Assembly: GCA_036171175.1 (NCBI GenBank)
Contig: JAVHQO010000213.1
Span: 1,431 to 65,430, forward strand
DNA: 64,000 bases
Source of the DNA: Gallionella sp.
GTDB taxonomy: Bacteria > Pseudomonadota > Gammaproteobacteria > Burkholderiales > Gallionellaceae
Reading direction: 5' to 3'
The position numbers and the translations under genes were made by a program. A model generated the notes under the pieces. The model did no database searches. It was not told the origin of the DNA and worked only from the letters and a program-made list of their open reading frames with translations. This document shows positions 1-9,636 of the stretch, one piece after another. Numbering within the stretch: the stretch's first letter is position 1; every line of letters starts with the position of its first letter.

Positions 1-18
1 GGTGCGTGTTATTACTGG

Positions 19-1260
19 TTGCGTTTTGATGCGCAGGCGCGGCTTAAATACTTGTTGTTGGGCGCGGCGTTTAGCGCGTTGGCGGTGATGACTAAGGGTG
101 TGTTTACGCTTATCACCATTAGCAGCGGCTTGGTGTGCATGTGGATTTTTCAGCAGCACTGGCAAAAATTTTGCAGCTTGAAATGGTGGGGCGCGCTGTT
201 GCTGGCTTTAGCCTTTACCGCGCCTGAGTTGTATGCACTGTATGTGCAATTTGATGCGCATCCCGAAAAATTAGTGTTTGAACACACGCACGTTTCGGGG
301 ATTAAGTTTTTCTTGTGGGATAGTCAGTTCGGTCGCTTTTTTAATTCGGGCCCGATTCAAAATCACAACGGCCATCCGTTTTATTTTGTGCTGGTTTGGC
401 TATGGTCATTTTTGCCTTGGGTGTTGGTGTTTTTTGCCGCGCTGCTGGCGGGAGTGCGCAACTTTTCGACTAGCAGTCATAGCGAAAAATCTAGCTTGAT
501 ATTTTTGTGCGGCGGATTTTTTATTACCTTCGCCTTGTTCAGCGCGACCAGTTTTCAGCTCGATCATTACACGGTAATTTTGTGTCCGTTCGCCGCGATT
601 TTATGTGGCAAATTTTTGCATGACTGGTTGCAAAACGGCTCTTCTTCAATAATTTTGTACGGCGCGCAACTGTTGCTGGCTGTGCTGTTGGCGGGGTTGG
701 CGGTAACTTTGACAGTGTTGATAGCAAAGCCTATTTTGCTCACATTTTCGGCGGTCGCCTGCGCACTGATTGGCATTTATGTTTACCGCACTTATCGTGA
801 TAAAAAACTCGTCGCTTTAGCCTATCCCGTGCTGGCTATCAATTTATTGTTTGCGGTGTTGGCGTTGTTTACCTCGCTCACTTTTCAAACATACGATGTG
901 ACGTATCACGCCGCAAAAGTGTTGTCCGCGCAATCGGCCTTGCCGAAAATTTATGCGCATCAAATGTCCTTGCAATGCCGCGAATTGGCGGTGTATTTGC
1001 AACGCGATTGCCAGCCTGTTGATGATTTTCAGTCGCTTAATGAGACGGATTTCGTTGTCTTGTTGCGTGAGCAAGACAGTCGTGCATTGCTGCTGCTTTA
1101 TCCCCACGCGACGCGCTTAGCCACATGGAATGGCGTGATCCACAAGACTGGCACATTCAATAAATTATTGGCGATGGCACGCGACACTTGGCCGTTAGAG
1201 CGCGTGGCCCTGCTGCAAGTCTCGCGCCCCCTTAACACCGCGCTTAAATCCTCAATGTAA
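19..1260 (+). CDS. ArnT/PMT-family (GT-C) membrane glycosyltransferase, probably 5'-truncated by window edge
   Basis: Multi-TM protein with 'LAVMTKG' and 'HPFYF...LPW' motifs typical of ArnT-like proteins; frame appears open to window start. Confidence 0.7.
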   Translation: MRFDAQARLKYLLLGAAFSALAVMTKGVFTLITISSGLVCMWIFQQHWQKFCSLKWWGALLLALAFTAPELYALYVQFDAHPEKLVFEHTHVSGIKFFLWDSQFGRFFNSGPIQNHNGHPFYFVLVWLWSFLPWVLVFFAALLAGVRNFSTSSHSEKSSLIFLCGGFFITFALFSATSFQLDHYTVILCPFAAILCGKFLHDWLQNGSSSIILYGAQLLLAVLLAGLAVTLTVLIAKPILLTFSAVACALIGIYVYRTYRDKKLVALAYPVLAINLLFAVLALFTSLTFQTYDVTYHAAKVLSAQSALPKIYAHQMSLQCRELAVYLQRDCQPVDDFQSLNETDFVVLLREQDSRALLLLYPHATRLATWNGVIHKTGTFNKLLAMARDTWPLERVALLQVSRPLNTALKSSM

Positions 1261-1272
1261 GCTGCGCTGCAA

Positions 1273-1281
1273 TGGTAGAAT
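1273..1281 (+). promoter_or_regulatory. Extended -10 promoter (TGgTAGAAT) for rib operon
   Basis: TGnTAGAAT followed by GC-rich discriminator CGCGCCC, about 60 nt before ATG 1344. Confidence 0.5.
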
Positions 1282-1343
1282 CGCGCCCCTTTTTTTGTGC
1301 GTGCGCATTCGCGCCGCCGAGCAGCTTAATCGAGGTTTATCGC

Positions 1344-2429
1344 ATGACAGGCATTTCCCCCATCACCGAAATCACTGACGAAATACGTGCGGGTCGTATG
1401 GTCGTTTTGATGGACGAAGAAGACCGCGAAAACGAAGGCGATTTAGTTTTCGCCGCCGAATTTTCTACCCCCGAAAAAATCAATTTCATGGCAAAACATG
1501 GACGTGGCTTGATTTGTTTAACCCTCACTGCCGCGCATTGCGAGCAACTCGATTTGCCGCTGATGGTGCGTGAAAACGGCTTGCCTTTGGCAACTAATTT
1601 TACGTTGTCCATTGAGGCGGCAAGCGGTGTCACCACAGGCATTTCCGCAGCCGACCGCTCGCGCACGGTGTTGGCAGCAGCAGCTAAAAATGCGCAGCCT
1701 GCCGACATTGTGCAACCCGGTCATATCTTTCCTTTGCGTGCACAAAACGGCGGCGTGTTAGTGCGCGCGGGGCACACCGAAGCGGGTTGCGATTTGTCTG
1801 AATTGGCAGGTTTAACGCCTGCCTCGGTAATTTGCGAAATTCTCAAAGACGATGGCGAGATGGCGCGTTTACCCGACCTGATTGAGTTTGCCAAATTACA
1901 TGGACTGAAAATCGGCACGATTGCCGATTTGATTGAGTATCGCAGCCAGCATGAAAAATTAGTCGAGCGTGTGGCGATGCGCAAAGTGCAAACCGCATAC
2001 GGCGAATTTGATTTGGCGACCTATGTCGATAAAACTACCCAGCGCACCCACTTGGCGTTGATTAAGGGCAATATTCAACACGATGTGGAAACGTTAGTGC
2101 GCGTGCATGAGCCGTTGTCGGTGTTGGATTTTTTAGAACACAGCGACGAGGGCACATCGACTAGCGTGCATCAAGCTATGCGCAAGATGGCAGAGGCGCA
2201 AACGGGGGTGTTAGTGATGTTGCATCGCACTGAAACGTCGCAAGATTTGTTGATGCGCGCCACGCAAGCCAGCGCAAAGAATGGTCAATGGGACCCGCGC
2301 AGTTACGGTATCGGCGCACAGATTTTGCGCGATTTGAATGTCGGCAAAATGCGCCTGCTTGCCACGCCGCATAAAATGCCCAGCATGACTGGGTTCGGTT
2401 TAGAAGTGGTGGGTTACGCAACTTGCTAA
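1344..2429 (+). CDS. ribB: 3,4-dihydroxy-2-butanone-4-phosphate synthase fused to degenerate GTP cyclohydrolase II-like domain (RibBX/RibBA-type)
   Basis: DEEDRENEGD, GVTTGISAADR, RAGHTEA motifs; C-terminal RVHEP...YGIGAQIL without Zn-binding Cys; start at ATG 1344 after GAGG. Confidence 0.9.
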   Translation: MTGISPITEITDEIRAGRMVVLMDEEDRENEGDLVFAAEFSTPEKINFMAKHGRGLICLTLTAAHCEQLDLPLMVRENGLPLATNFTLSIEAASGVTTGISAADRSRTVLAAAAKNAQPADIVQPGHIFPLRAQNGGVLVRAGHTEAGCDLSELAGLTPASVICEILKDDGEMARLPDLIEFAKLHGLKIGTIADLIEYRSQHEKLVERVAMRKVQTAYGEFDLATYVDKTTQRTHLALIKGNIQHDVETLVRVHEPLSVLDFLEHSDEGTSTSVHQAMRKMAEAQTGVLVMLHRTETSQDLLMRATQASAKNGQWDPRSYGIGAQILRDLNVGKMRLLATPHKMPSMTGFGLEVVGYATC

Positions 2430-2463
2430 GCCTTAAATTAAAATAAATTTTGAAGGAAAAAAC

Positions 2464-2916
2464 ATGAAAGAAATCGAACAAAATCACAACGGCAAAGGCT
2501 TGCGTATCGGCATTGTGCAAAGCCGTTTCAACCCCGAAATTTGCGAAGGCTTGTTGGGTGCGTGTCGCGCGCAGTTGCTGCAACAAGGCGTGGACGATGA
2601 AGACATTACGCTGGCGACGGTGCCGGGTGCGTTGGAAATTCCGCTGGTGTTGTTGCACATGGCGGAAGGTGAGAAATTTGACGCATTGATTGCGCTCGGT
2701 GCAGTGGTGCGCGGCGATACGTATCATTTTGAAGTGGTCTCGAATGAGTCCGCGCGTGGCGTGGGCGATGTGCAATTAGCCTGCGGCGTGCCGATTGCGA
2801 ATGCGATTTTAACCACTGACACGGACGAGCAAGCGATTGCGCGGATGAGCGTGAAAGGTGCGGAAGCCGCACTGGTCGCGATTGAAATGGTCAATTTATT
2901 AAAGGGTGTGGCATGA
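2464..2916 (+). CDS. ribH: 6,7-dimethyl-8-ribityllumazine synthase
   Basis: [20 protein letters not shown] motifs. Confidence 0.97.
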   Translation: MKEIEQNHNGKGLRIGIVQSRFNPEICEGLLGACRAQLLQQGVDDEDITLATVPGALEIPLVLLHMAEGEKFDALIALGAVVRGDTYHFEVVSNESARGVGDVQLACGVPIANAILTTDTDEQAIARMSVKGAEAALVAIEMVNLLKGVA

Positions 2917-3386
2917 GCGAAGCAGCGTTGAAAGAAGTGGTTAAATCTGCGGCAAAAAGCCCACGCCATCGTGCGCGAGAATTGGCATTGCAAGGCATTT
3001 ATCAATGGCGCGTATCGGGTACAGATGCCGCTGCGATTGAGAAACAAATGCAAGCTGAAAATAATTTGGGTCGCTACGATAAACCGATGTTTAGCGCGCT
3101 GTTGCGCGGTGCATTAGCGCAGCACGAAGAGGTTGAGGTCTTGCTTGCCCCGTGTTTGGATCGCAGCTTGGATGAGTTGAGCCCAGTCGAATTTGCCGTG
3201 TTGCTATTGGGTGCATTTGAGCTGTCATGCAAGCTCGAAGTGCCTTACAAAGTCGTCATCAACGAAGCCGTCGAGCTAGCTAAAACCTTCGGCGGAACGG
3301 ACGGACACAAGTACGTCAATGGCGTGTTAGATAAACTCGTGCCTAAAGTCCGCGCCACAGAATTTTCTAATAAAAATAGCCGTTAG
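2913..3386 (+). CDS. nusB: Transcription antitermination factor NusB
   Basis: [31 protein letters not shown]; ribH-nusB synteny. Confidence 0.97.
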   Translation: MSEAALKEVVKSAAKSPRHRARELALQGIYQWRVSGTDAAAIEKQMQAENNLGRYDKPMFSALLRGALAQHEEVEVLLAPCLDRSLDELSPVEFAVLLLGAFELSCKLEVPYKVVINEAVELAKTFGGTDGHKYVNGVLDKLVPKVRATEFSNKNSR

Positions 3387-3462
3387 TTTTAAGTCGCTAG
3401 TCATTCGTTAGAACAGTGCGTTGGTTTTAACGAATGACTAGCGACTGTCCACCAAAGACGGC
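3378..3462. repeat. Heptamer-periodic hairpin (AGTCGCT family)
   Basis: Perfect 19-bp IR AGTCGCTAGTCATTCGTTA (3392-3410) / TAACGAATGACTAGCGACT (3428-3446); AGT at 7-nt spacing. Confidence 0.8.
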
Positions 3463-3470
3463 TTTTTAAT

Positions 3471-4484
3471 ATGTCTGAATTCAATCTCATTCGTCGCCAC
3501 TTCACTCGCGCTACGCCTAGCGCGTTGCTCGGAGTTGGCGACGATTGTGCTTTGTTGCAAGTCAGTCACGGCAATGTTTTGGCGGTATCGTCGGACATGC
3601 TGGTGAGCGGCACGCATTTTTTTGCCGATGCCGATCCCTATTCATTGGGACATAAAACCTTAGCCGTAAATTTATCCGACTTGGCGGCGATGGGTGCGAT
3701 GCCGCGCTGGGCGACGCTGGCGTTGTCTTTGCCTTATCGCAACCCCCTATCTAACTTTCCTGCGCAGGCGGGAGAAAGGACAAACGATTCGCTGCGCGAA
3801 ACTTTAATCGACGAGACTTGGTTGACGCAATTTAGCGCAGGATTTTTTGCTTTGGCGCAGCAATACCAAGTTGATTTGGTCGGTGGAGACACCACCCGTG
3901 GCGCGTTAAATTTATGCGTGACTATCATGGGCGAAGTCCCAGTTGGTAAGGCGTTGCGGCGTGATGGGGCAAAAATTGGCGATGAGATTTGGGTATCGGG
4001 TAAGTTAGGCGATGCAGCGTTGGCGTTGGCGCATTTGCAAGGCCGCATCTTATTAAGTGCAGCGGAATTTTCAGCTGTAGCTCTTGCCTTGCACCAGCCG
4101 CAACCGCGTGTTGCTTTGGGCTTGGCATTGCGCGGCATCGCTAGCAGTGCGATAGATATTTCCGATGGCTTATTGGCTGACTTAGGGCATATTTTGACCG
4201 CCTCAAATGTCGCCGGTCAGCTTGAGTTTGCCGCTGTGCCTATCTCTGCTGTGTTGCGTTCATATGAGCTGTTTACGTCGCCATGCGCATTAGCGGGGGG
4301 TGATGATTACGAGCTGTGTTTCACCGCTGCGATGCAGCATCATGCTGAGCTGTTGCGTTTATCCGCTCGGTTAAATTTACCGCTGACTTGCATTGGCAAC
4401 GTTGTCGCGGGACAGGGTTGTGTGGTGCGTGATGCGCACGGTAATTCAATTCAACTAACGAGAGGCGGCTATGAGCACTTCTGA
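3471..4484 (+). CDS. thiL: Thiamine-monophosphate kinase with in-frame insertion
   Basis: GVGDDCA, NLSDLAAMGA, GGDT, DISDGL, GGDDYEL. Confidence 0.95.
   Translation: MSEFNLIRRHFTRATPSALLGVGDDCALLQVSHGNVLAVSSDMLVSGTHFFADADPYSLGHKTLAVNLSDLAAMGAMPRWATLALSLPYRNPLSNFPAQAGERTNDSLRETLIDETWLTQFSAGFFALAQQYQVDLVGGDTTRGALNLCVTIMGEVPVGKALRRDGAKIGDEIWVSGKLGDAALALAHLQGRILLSAAEFSAVALALHQPQPRVALGLALRGIASSAIDISDGLLADLGHILTASNVAGQLEFAAVPISAVLRSYELFTSPCALAGGDDYELCFTAAMQHHAELLRLSARLNLPLTCIGNVVAGQGCVVRDAHGNSIQLTRGGYEHF
3735..3803. repeat. Palindromic insert translated in-frame inside thiL
   Basis: AACCCCCTATCTAACTTTCCTGC-GCAG-GCGGGAGAAAGGACAAACGATTCGCTGCGCGAA encodes about 23 extra aa between LSLP and IDETWL; boundaries approximate. 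Confidence 0.65.
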
Positions 4485-4986
4485 ACATGAAGCACACGAG
4501 TTGCTGGTGCAGCCTAACTGGCGATTTTTGTTTCGTCATCCCGCGCATTTTTTAGCGTTTGGTTTTGGTAGCGGATTGGCGCGCAAAGCTCCTGGCACAT
4601 TCGGCACATTGGTGGCGTTTCCCTTGTACTGGTATTTGTCCGCGCATGTCTCTGATGCTGTATTTATTTTGATTTTGATTTGGTCATTCGCCATCGGCGT
4701 GTGGGTCTGCGACATCACGGGAAAAGCCCTTGGTGTGGCGGACTACGGCGGCTTGGTGTGGGACGAAGTGGTGGCGATGTTGCTGGTGTTATTTTTTACC
4801 CCGACAGGCTGGGCGTGGAGCTTATTGGCATTTGCATTGTTCCGTTTTTTCGACATTGTTAAGCCGCAGCCGATACGTTATTTCGATCAGAACTTACATG
4901 GTGGATTTGGCGTGATGTTTGACGATATTGTTGCGGCGGGATATGCCTTGTTATGTCTTGCAATTATCAAGAGCGTGCTGCCATGA
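4471..4986 (+). CDS. pgpA: Phosphatidylglycerophosphatase A
   Basis: GFGSG..APGTFGT, DEVVA, FRFFDIVKP, DDIVA. Confidence 0.95.
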   Translation: MSTSEHEAHELLVQPNWRFLFRHPAHFLAFGFGSGLARKAPGTFGTLVAFPLYWYLSAHVSDAVFILILIWSFAIGVWVCDITGKALGVADYGGLVWDEVVAMLLVLFFTPTGWAWSLLAFALFRFFDIVKPQPIRYFDQNLHGGFGVMFDDIVAAGYALLCLAIIKSVLP

Positions 4987-5654
4987 AAGCCTTGTTATTG
5001 GCTGGATTGCTGTTGTGCAGTGCGAGTGCGCATAGCGAAACTTTTAGTGCGAAAGTCATCAGTGTATTAGATGGCGATACGGTATTGATTAAGCGCGGGG
5101 CAGGGGTGTTAAAAGTACGCTTGGTTGAGATAGATGCGCCTGAAAAATCGCAACCATTCGGTGCCAGTTCGCAGCAGTCGTTGGCGGGCATGGTGTTGGC
5201 GAAGCAAGTGCAATTTACCAGCCAAGCATTCGATCAATATGGCCGCATGATTGCGCATTTAAGTGTGGCAGGTGTGGATGTAAATGCTGAGCAAATCAAG
5301 CGCGGCATGGCGTGGGAGTATTCACATTTCCATAGCAATCAAGCCTTGCGCGCACTCGAAGCTGAGGCGCGCGCCGCACCGCGCGGCTTATGGGCAATGA
5401 GCAATCCTACGCCACCTTGGGAGTGGCGCAAGCAGCATCCCAATAGTGCGTCAGCCCAGCCGCATGTCAGCAATGCACCTATGGTTGGTGATGCCTCATG
5501 CGGTAATAAAAAACATTGCTCGCAAATGTTTAGCTGTGATGAAGCACGTCATTATTTAAGCGTGTGTGGACTGAAGTACTTGGATGGAGACGGCGATGGT
5601 GTGCCTTGCGAAAAGCTCTGCGCGACTCATCCAAGGCAGGCTAAGATTCAATGA
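4983..5654 (+). CDS. Secreted thermonuclease (SNase) with C-terminal Excalibur Ca-binding domain
   Basis: Signal peptide; DGDT, RLVEIDAPEKSQPFG, DQYGR; C-terminal LDGDGDGVPCE. Confidence 0.88.
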   Translation: MKALLLAGLLLCSASAHSETFSAKVISVLDGDTVLIKRGAGVLKVRLVEIDAPEKSQPFGASSQQSLAGMVLAKQVQFTSQAFDQYGRMIAHLSVAGVDVNAEQIKRGMAWEYSHFHSNQALRALEAEARAAPRGLWAMSNPTPPWEWRKQHPNSASAQPHVSNAPMVGDASCGNKKHCSQMFSCDEARHYLSVCGLKYLDGDGDGVPCEKLCATHPRQAKIQ

Positions 5655-5814
5655 AATCCAGCGTTCAAGCGACTTGTGATGCATGAAAGTGTAAAAAAAT
5701 TAAGTTTTTATAGGGTTTGTGCATTAAGGCTGTACAAAACAAATAAATTGGGTGCTACACTTCGCGCCGCTGCACAGGGCAGTTATTCATAAACTAACTC
5801 AAGGAATATTCAAC

Positions 5815-6099
5815 ATGAACAGAAAAGAACTGATCGACGCATTGGCTGAAAAAACTGGCAGCACTAAAGCAGACGCGGAACGCAACATCGCTGGCTTGTT
5901 AGAAATTATCACTAGTACATTGAAAAAAGGCGACAACGTTGCTTTGGTTGGTTTTGGTACATTTGAAGTGCGCAAACGCGCAGCGCGTATCGGCCGTAAT
6001 CCTAAGACTGGCGCAGAATTGAAAATTAAAGCATCTAAAGTGCCAGCATTCAAAGCGGGTGCAACATTGAAAGGTGTTGTGAACGGCGTTAAGAAGTAA
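5815..6099 (+). CDS. hupB: DNA-binding protein HU
   Basis: MNRKELID, GFGTF, GRNPKTG, PAFKAG; SD AAGGA. Confidence 0.9.
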   Translation: MNRKELIDALAEKTGSTKADAERNIAGLLEIITSTLKKGDNVALVGFGTFEVRKRAARIGRNPKTGAELKIKASKVPAFKAGATLKGVVNGVKK

Positions 6100-6134
6100 G
6101 CTTTTTAACATCGCACAGTTGTTAAATTGTGCTT

Positions 6135-6164
6135 AAAAGGAGTTCATTGCTGAACTCCTTTTTT
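6135..6164 (+). terminator. Rho-independent terminator after HU
   Basis: AAAAGGAGTTCA-TTGC-TGAACTCCTTTTTT. Confidence 0.85.
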
Positions 6165-6287
6165 ATTGTGTCAACACAAGTCAGTCTGTTATTAAGTAAT
6201 GCTGAACGATGTGGTTTGGAAGAATGCGGCAAGTTTGCTACAATGCTGCCGCTGTTTTGATTTTTAATTTAAGGGTAGGAGATAAAG

Positions 6288-6521
6288 ATGTCTATTGAAC
6301 AACGCGTAAAGAAAATTGTTGCTGAACAATTAGGTGTAAATGAAGCGGAAGTTAAAAACGAATCTTCATTCGTAAATGACTTGGGTGCGGATTCACTGGA
6401 TACAGTTGAATTGGTCATGGCACTGGAAGAAGAATTCGAATGCGAAATCCCTGACGATGAAGCAGAAAAAATCACTTCAGTACAAAATGCCATTGACTAT
6501 GTCTTGGCTCATCAAAAGTAA
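6288..6521 (+). CDS. acpP: Acyl carrier protein
   Basis: [14 protein letters not shown]. Confidence 0.98.
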   Translation: MSIEQRVKKIVAEQLGVNEAEVKNESSFVNDLGADSLDTVELVMALEEEFECEIPDDEAEKITSVQNAIDYVLAHQK

Positions 6522-6556
6522 TTCCTTTCAATTCTGTTGTTAAAAACGGAGTCAGC

Positions 6557-7789
6557 TTGTCTAAACGTAGAGTAGTTATCACGGGGCTGGGGATTGTTTC
6601 TCCAGTCGGTATTGGAATCCCTAGCGTCTGGCAGAATATTGTTGCCGGAAAGTCTGGGATTGCCACCATTTCTCATTTCGACGCGAGTGCTTTTGCCTGC
6701 CAGGTTGCTGGTGAAGTAAAAGATTTCGATGTCACTCAATTTTTGCCTGCGAAAGATGCACGCCGCATGGATAGATTTATCCATTTTGGTTTAGTCGCGG
6801 GTATTGAGGCACTTAAAGATTCTGGTCTGGAAGTGACCGATCAGAATTCCGAACGCATCGGCGTGAATATCGGTTCGGGTATCGGCGGTTTGCCGATGAT
6901 TGAAGCGACTCACGACGATTATCTTGCGGGGGGGCCACGCAAGATTTCGCCGTTCTTTATTCCTGGCAGCATCATCAATATGATTTCTGGAAATCTGTCG
7001 GTGATGTTCGGTCTGAAAGGACCAAATTTGGCGATGGTTTCTGCTTGCAGCACTGGCACGCATTGCATCGGTGAGTCGGCTCGTATCATTGAGTATGGTG
7101 ATGCCGATGTGATGGTGGCGGGTGGCTCGGAAGCGGCGATTAACGCGCTGGCAGTTGGTGGGTTCTCATCTGCGCGTGCTTTGAGCACGCGCAATGATGA
7201 TCCCGCTACGGCTTGCCGTCCTTGGGATAAAGACCGTGATGGTTTTGTCATGGGTGAAGGTGCGGGCGTATTGGTGTTGGAAGAATACGAACATGCCAAG
7301 GCGCGCGGCGCGAAGATTTACGCCGAGTTGGCAGGTTATGGGATGAGCGGAGACGCGTATCACATCACTTCGCCCAATAGCGACGGTCCGAAGCGCAGTA
7401 TGTTGAACGCCTTGCGTAATGCGGGCGTCAATCCTGATCAGGTGCAGTACGTCAACGCGCATGGTACTTCTACGCCAGTTGGCGACAAGAACGAAAATGA
7501 CGCGATTAAATTAGCCTTCGGTGATTACGCCAAAAAACTAGTCGTCAATTCGACTAAGTCAATGACAGGTCATTTGTTGGGTGGTGCGGGCGGTATTGAA
7601 TCAGTGTTTTGCGCGCTGGCGGTGCATCATCAAATTTCACCACCGACGATTAACATTTTCAATCAAGATTCTGAATGTGATTTAGATTATTGCGCCAATA
7701 CGGCGCGTGATATGAAAATTGATGTTGCGGTAAATAACAACTTTGGTTTTGGTGGAACGAACGGATCGTTGGTATTCCGTAAGGTCTAA
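6557..7789 (+). CDS. fabF: 3-oxoacyl-ACP synthase II
   Basis: RRVVITGLG, SACSTG, NAHGTST, TGHLLG, NFGFGG. Confidence 0.97.
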   Translation: MSKRRVVITGLGIVSPVGIGIPSVWQNIVAGKSGIATISHFDASAFACQVAGEVKDFDVTQFLPAKDARRMDRFIHFGLVAGIEALKDSGLEVTDQNSERIGVNIGSGIGGLPMIEATHDDYLAGGPRKISPFFIPGSIINMISGNLSVMFGLKGPNLAMVSACSTGTHCIGESARIIEYGDADVMVAGGSEAAINALAVGGFSSARALSTRNDDPATACRPWDKDRDGFVMGEGAGVLVLEEYEHAKARGAKIYAELAGYGMSGDAYHITSPNSDGPKRSMLNALRNAGVNPDQVQYVNAHGTSTPVGDKNENDAIKLAFGDYAKKLVVNSTKSMTGHLLGGAGGIESVFCALAVHHQISPPTINIFNQDSECDLDYCANTARDMKIDVAVNNNFGFGGTNGSLVFRKV

Positions 7790-7799
7790 CCTTTTCGCG

Positions 7800-8612
7800 A
7801 TGCTAGTCAATGGCGCATCTAGCAATTTGATTAGTATCCGCGACCGAGGCCTGTTGTACGGTGACGGCGTGTTTCGTACTTTTCGTGCTGAACATGGCGT
7901 TGCTTTACATCAACACTTACATCTACAAAAAATTCAGCAAGACTGCACAAAGCTGGGCATATCCTGTCCAGCTTTGTCGCATCTGGAATATGAGTTAGCG
8001 AGCTTGTTAGTCGCGCATCCCAACGCGATTATTAAACTCATCATCACGCGTGGTATTGCGCAACGCGGCTACGCAGCCAGCGATGATGCGCATCCAACGC
8101 ACTTGTGGGATGTCAGCGCATTGCCTGTGTACCCCATGCAAAATTATCAGCTAGGTATTGCTTTACGCGTGTGTGAATTACGTCTAAGTCAGCAGCCGCT
8201 ACTGGCAGGCATTAAGCACCTTAATCGCTTAGAAAACGTCTTGGCGGCGAATGAACTGCATGATGCAAAGTTTGCCGAGGGCTTATTGTTAGACGCGCAA
8301 GGCAATGTTATTGAGGGCATACGCAGCAATGTTTTTATCGTGCAAGGCGGGGTGTTGATGACGCCTGATTTATCGCAATGCGGGGTGGCTGGGGTGCAGC
8401 GTGATCGCGTGATTACTTACGCCGTACAGCACGCTATTCCTTTGCAAATTCGTGCTATTTCCTTAGTTGAATTATTGGCAGCTGATGAAGTTTTTTTGGT
8501 GAATAGCGTGCTGGGCTTATGGCCAGTGCGGCAGTGTGAAAATCGTTATTGGTATGACTTTGCAATGACAGAAAAATTAGCGGGATTATTTGAGCAGGAG
8601 CGCGGCTTATGA
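7800..8612 (+). CDS. pabC: Aminodeoxychorismate lyase
   Basis: DRGLLYGDGVF, GIKHLNRLENV; fabF-pabC-mltG synteny. Confidence 0.92.
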   Translation: MLVNGASSNLISIRDRGLLYGDGVFRTFRAEHGVALHQHLHLQKIQQDCTKLGISCPALSHLEYELASLLVAHPNAIIKLIITRGIAQRGYAASDDAHPTHLWDVSALPVYPMQNYQLGIALRVCELRLSQQPLLAGIKHLNRLENVLAANELHDAKFAEGLLLDAQGNVIEGIRSNVFIVQGGVLMTPDLSQCGVAGVQRDRVITYAVQHAIPLQIRAISLVELLAADEVFLVNSVLGLWPVRQCENRYWYDFAMTEKLAGLFEQERGL

Positions 8613-9586
8613 AAAAAATACTGACTTGGATATTACTGTTTATTTTGTTATTCAGTGCCAGCTTGGGTTATCTCTTAAACCGCCCGCTAGCCTTGCCAGC
8701 CATGCCTTTCGAGTTTTCGATTGCCGCAGGTAGCAGCTTAAAAAGCGTTGCGCATCAATTAGCCTTCGCTCAAGTTTTGCCATCCGAAACGCTCTTCGTC
8801 GTATTGGCACACGTGCTGGCTAAAGCCGACAAAGTGAAAGTAGGCGACTACGCTTTAAGCCATCCCGTGTCGATGTTGGAACTGCTCAATATCATCAGCA
8901 AAGGGCAAGTGCAACAAAGCCAAATCAGCGTGATTGAAGGCTGGAGCTTCAAGCAATTTCGTGCCGCGATAGATGATCATGCTGACTTGAAACACGCCAC
9001 GCAAGAGATGACCGCGACGCAAATTTTGCAAGCCATAGGTGCGACTGAAACGCATCCAGAAGGGCTATTTTTTCCTGACACTTATTTCTTCGCTAAAGGC
9101 AGCAGTGATGTGCAAATTTATAAGCGCGCTTACCAAACCATGCAACAACACTTGAGCGCGGCATGGGCAACCCGCGAGGCAGACTTGCCATTGCACACGC
9201 CTTACGAAGTGCTAACTCTTGCTTCTATTGTGGAAAAAGAAACGGGTACACCGAGCGACCGCGCCATGATTGCGGGCGTGTTTGTTAATCGCTTGCGAAT
9301 AGGCATGTTGCTGCAAACTGACCCGACGGTGATTTATGGCATGGGTGAAAAATTCGACGGCAACATCCGCCGCAATGATTTAACCCGCGACACGTCGTAC
9401 AACACCTATACGCGCACGGGCTTAACGCCCACGCCGATAGCCTTGCCAGGAGCCGCATCGCTAAATGCCGCAGTGCATCCTGCTAAAACCGACGCGCTAT
9501 ATTTCGTCGCGCGCGGCGATGGTAGCTCCAAATTTTCCAGCAGTTTGGATGAACACAATCGCGCCGTGAATCAATATCAAAAATAA
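8609..9586 (+). CDS. mltG: Endolytic murein transglycosylase
   Basis: EGLFFPDTY, LASIVEKE, LQTDPTVIY, YNTY. Confidence 0.95.
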   Translation: MKKILTWILLFILLFSASLGYLLNRPLALPAMPFEFSIAAGSSLKSVAHQLAFAQVLPSETLFVVLAHVLAKADKVKVGDYALSHPVSMLELLNIISKGQVQQSQISVIEGWSFKQFRAAIDDHADLKHATQEMTATQILQAIGATETHPEGLFFPDTYFFAKGSSDVQIYKRAYQTMQQHLSAAWATREADLPLHTPYEVLTLASIVEKETGTPSDRAMIAGVFVNRLRIGMLLQTDPTVIYGMGEKFDGNIRRNDLTRDTSYNTYTRTGLTPTPIALPGAASLNAAVHPAKTDALYFVARGDGSSKFSSSLDEHNRAVNQYQK

Positions 9587-9590
9587 GGAA

Positions 9591-9626
9591 AAGTGAGTCG
9601 CTAGTTTTTGTCGTTAGTGCTTAGTT
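9591..9626. repeat. Half (single arm) heptamer element of AGTCGCT family
   Basis: Shares AGTCGCTAGT with 3392 and 48323. Confidence 0.5.
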
Positions 9627-9636
9627 AAAAAGAGCT

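Noticed and set aside
1282-1343. FMN riboswitch upstream of rib operon
   Set aside because: Leader too short and no RFN consensus seen
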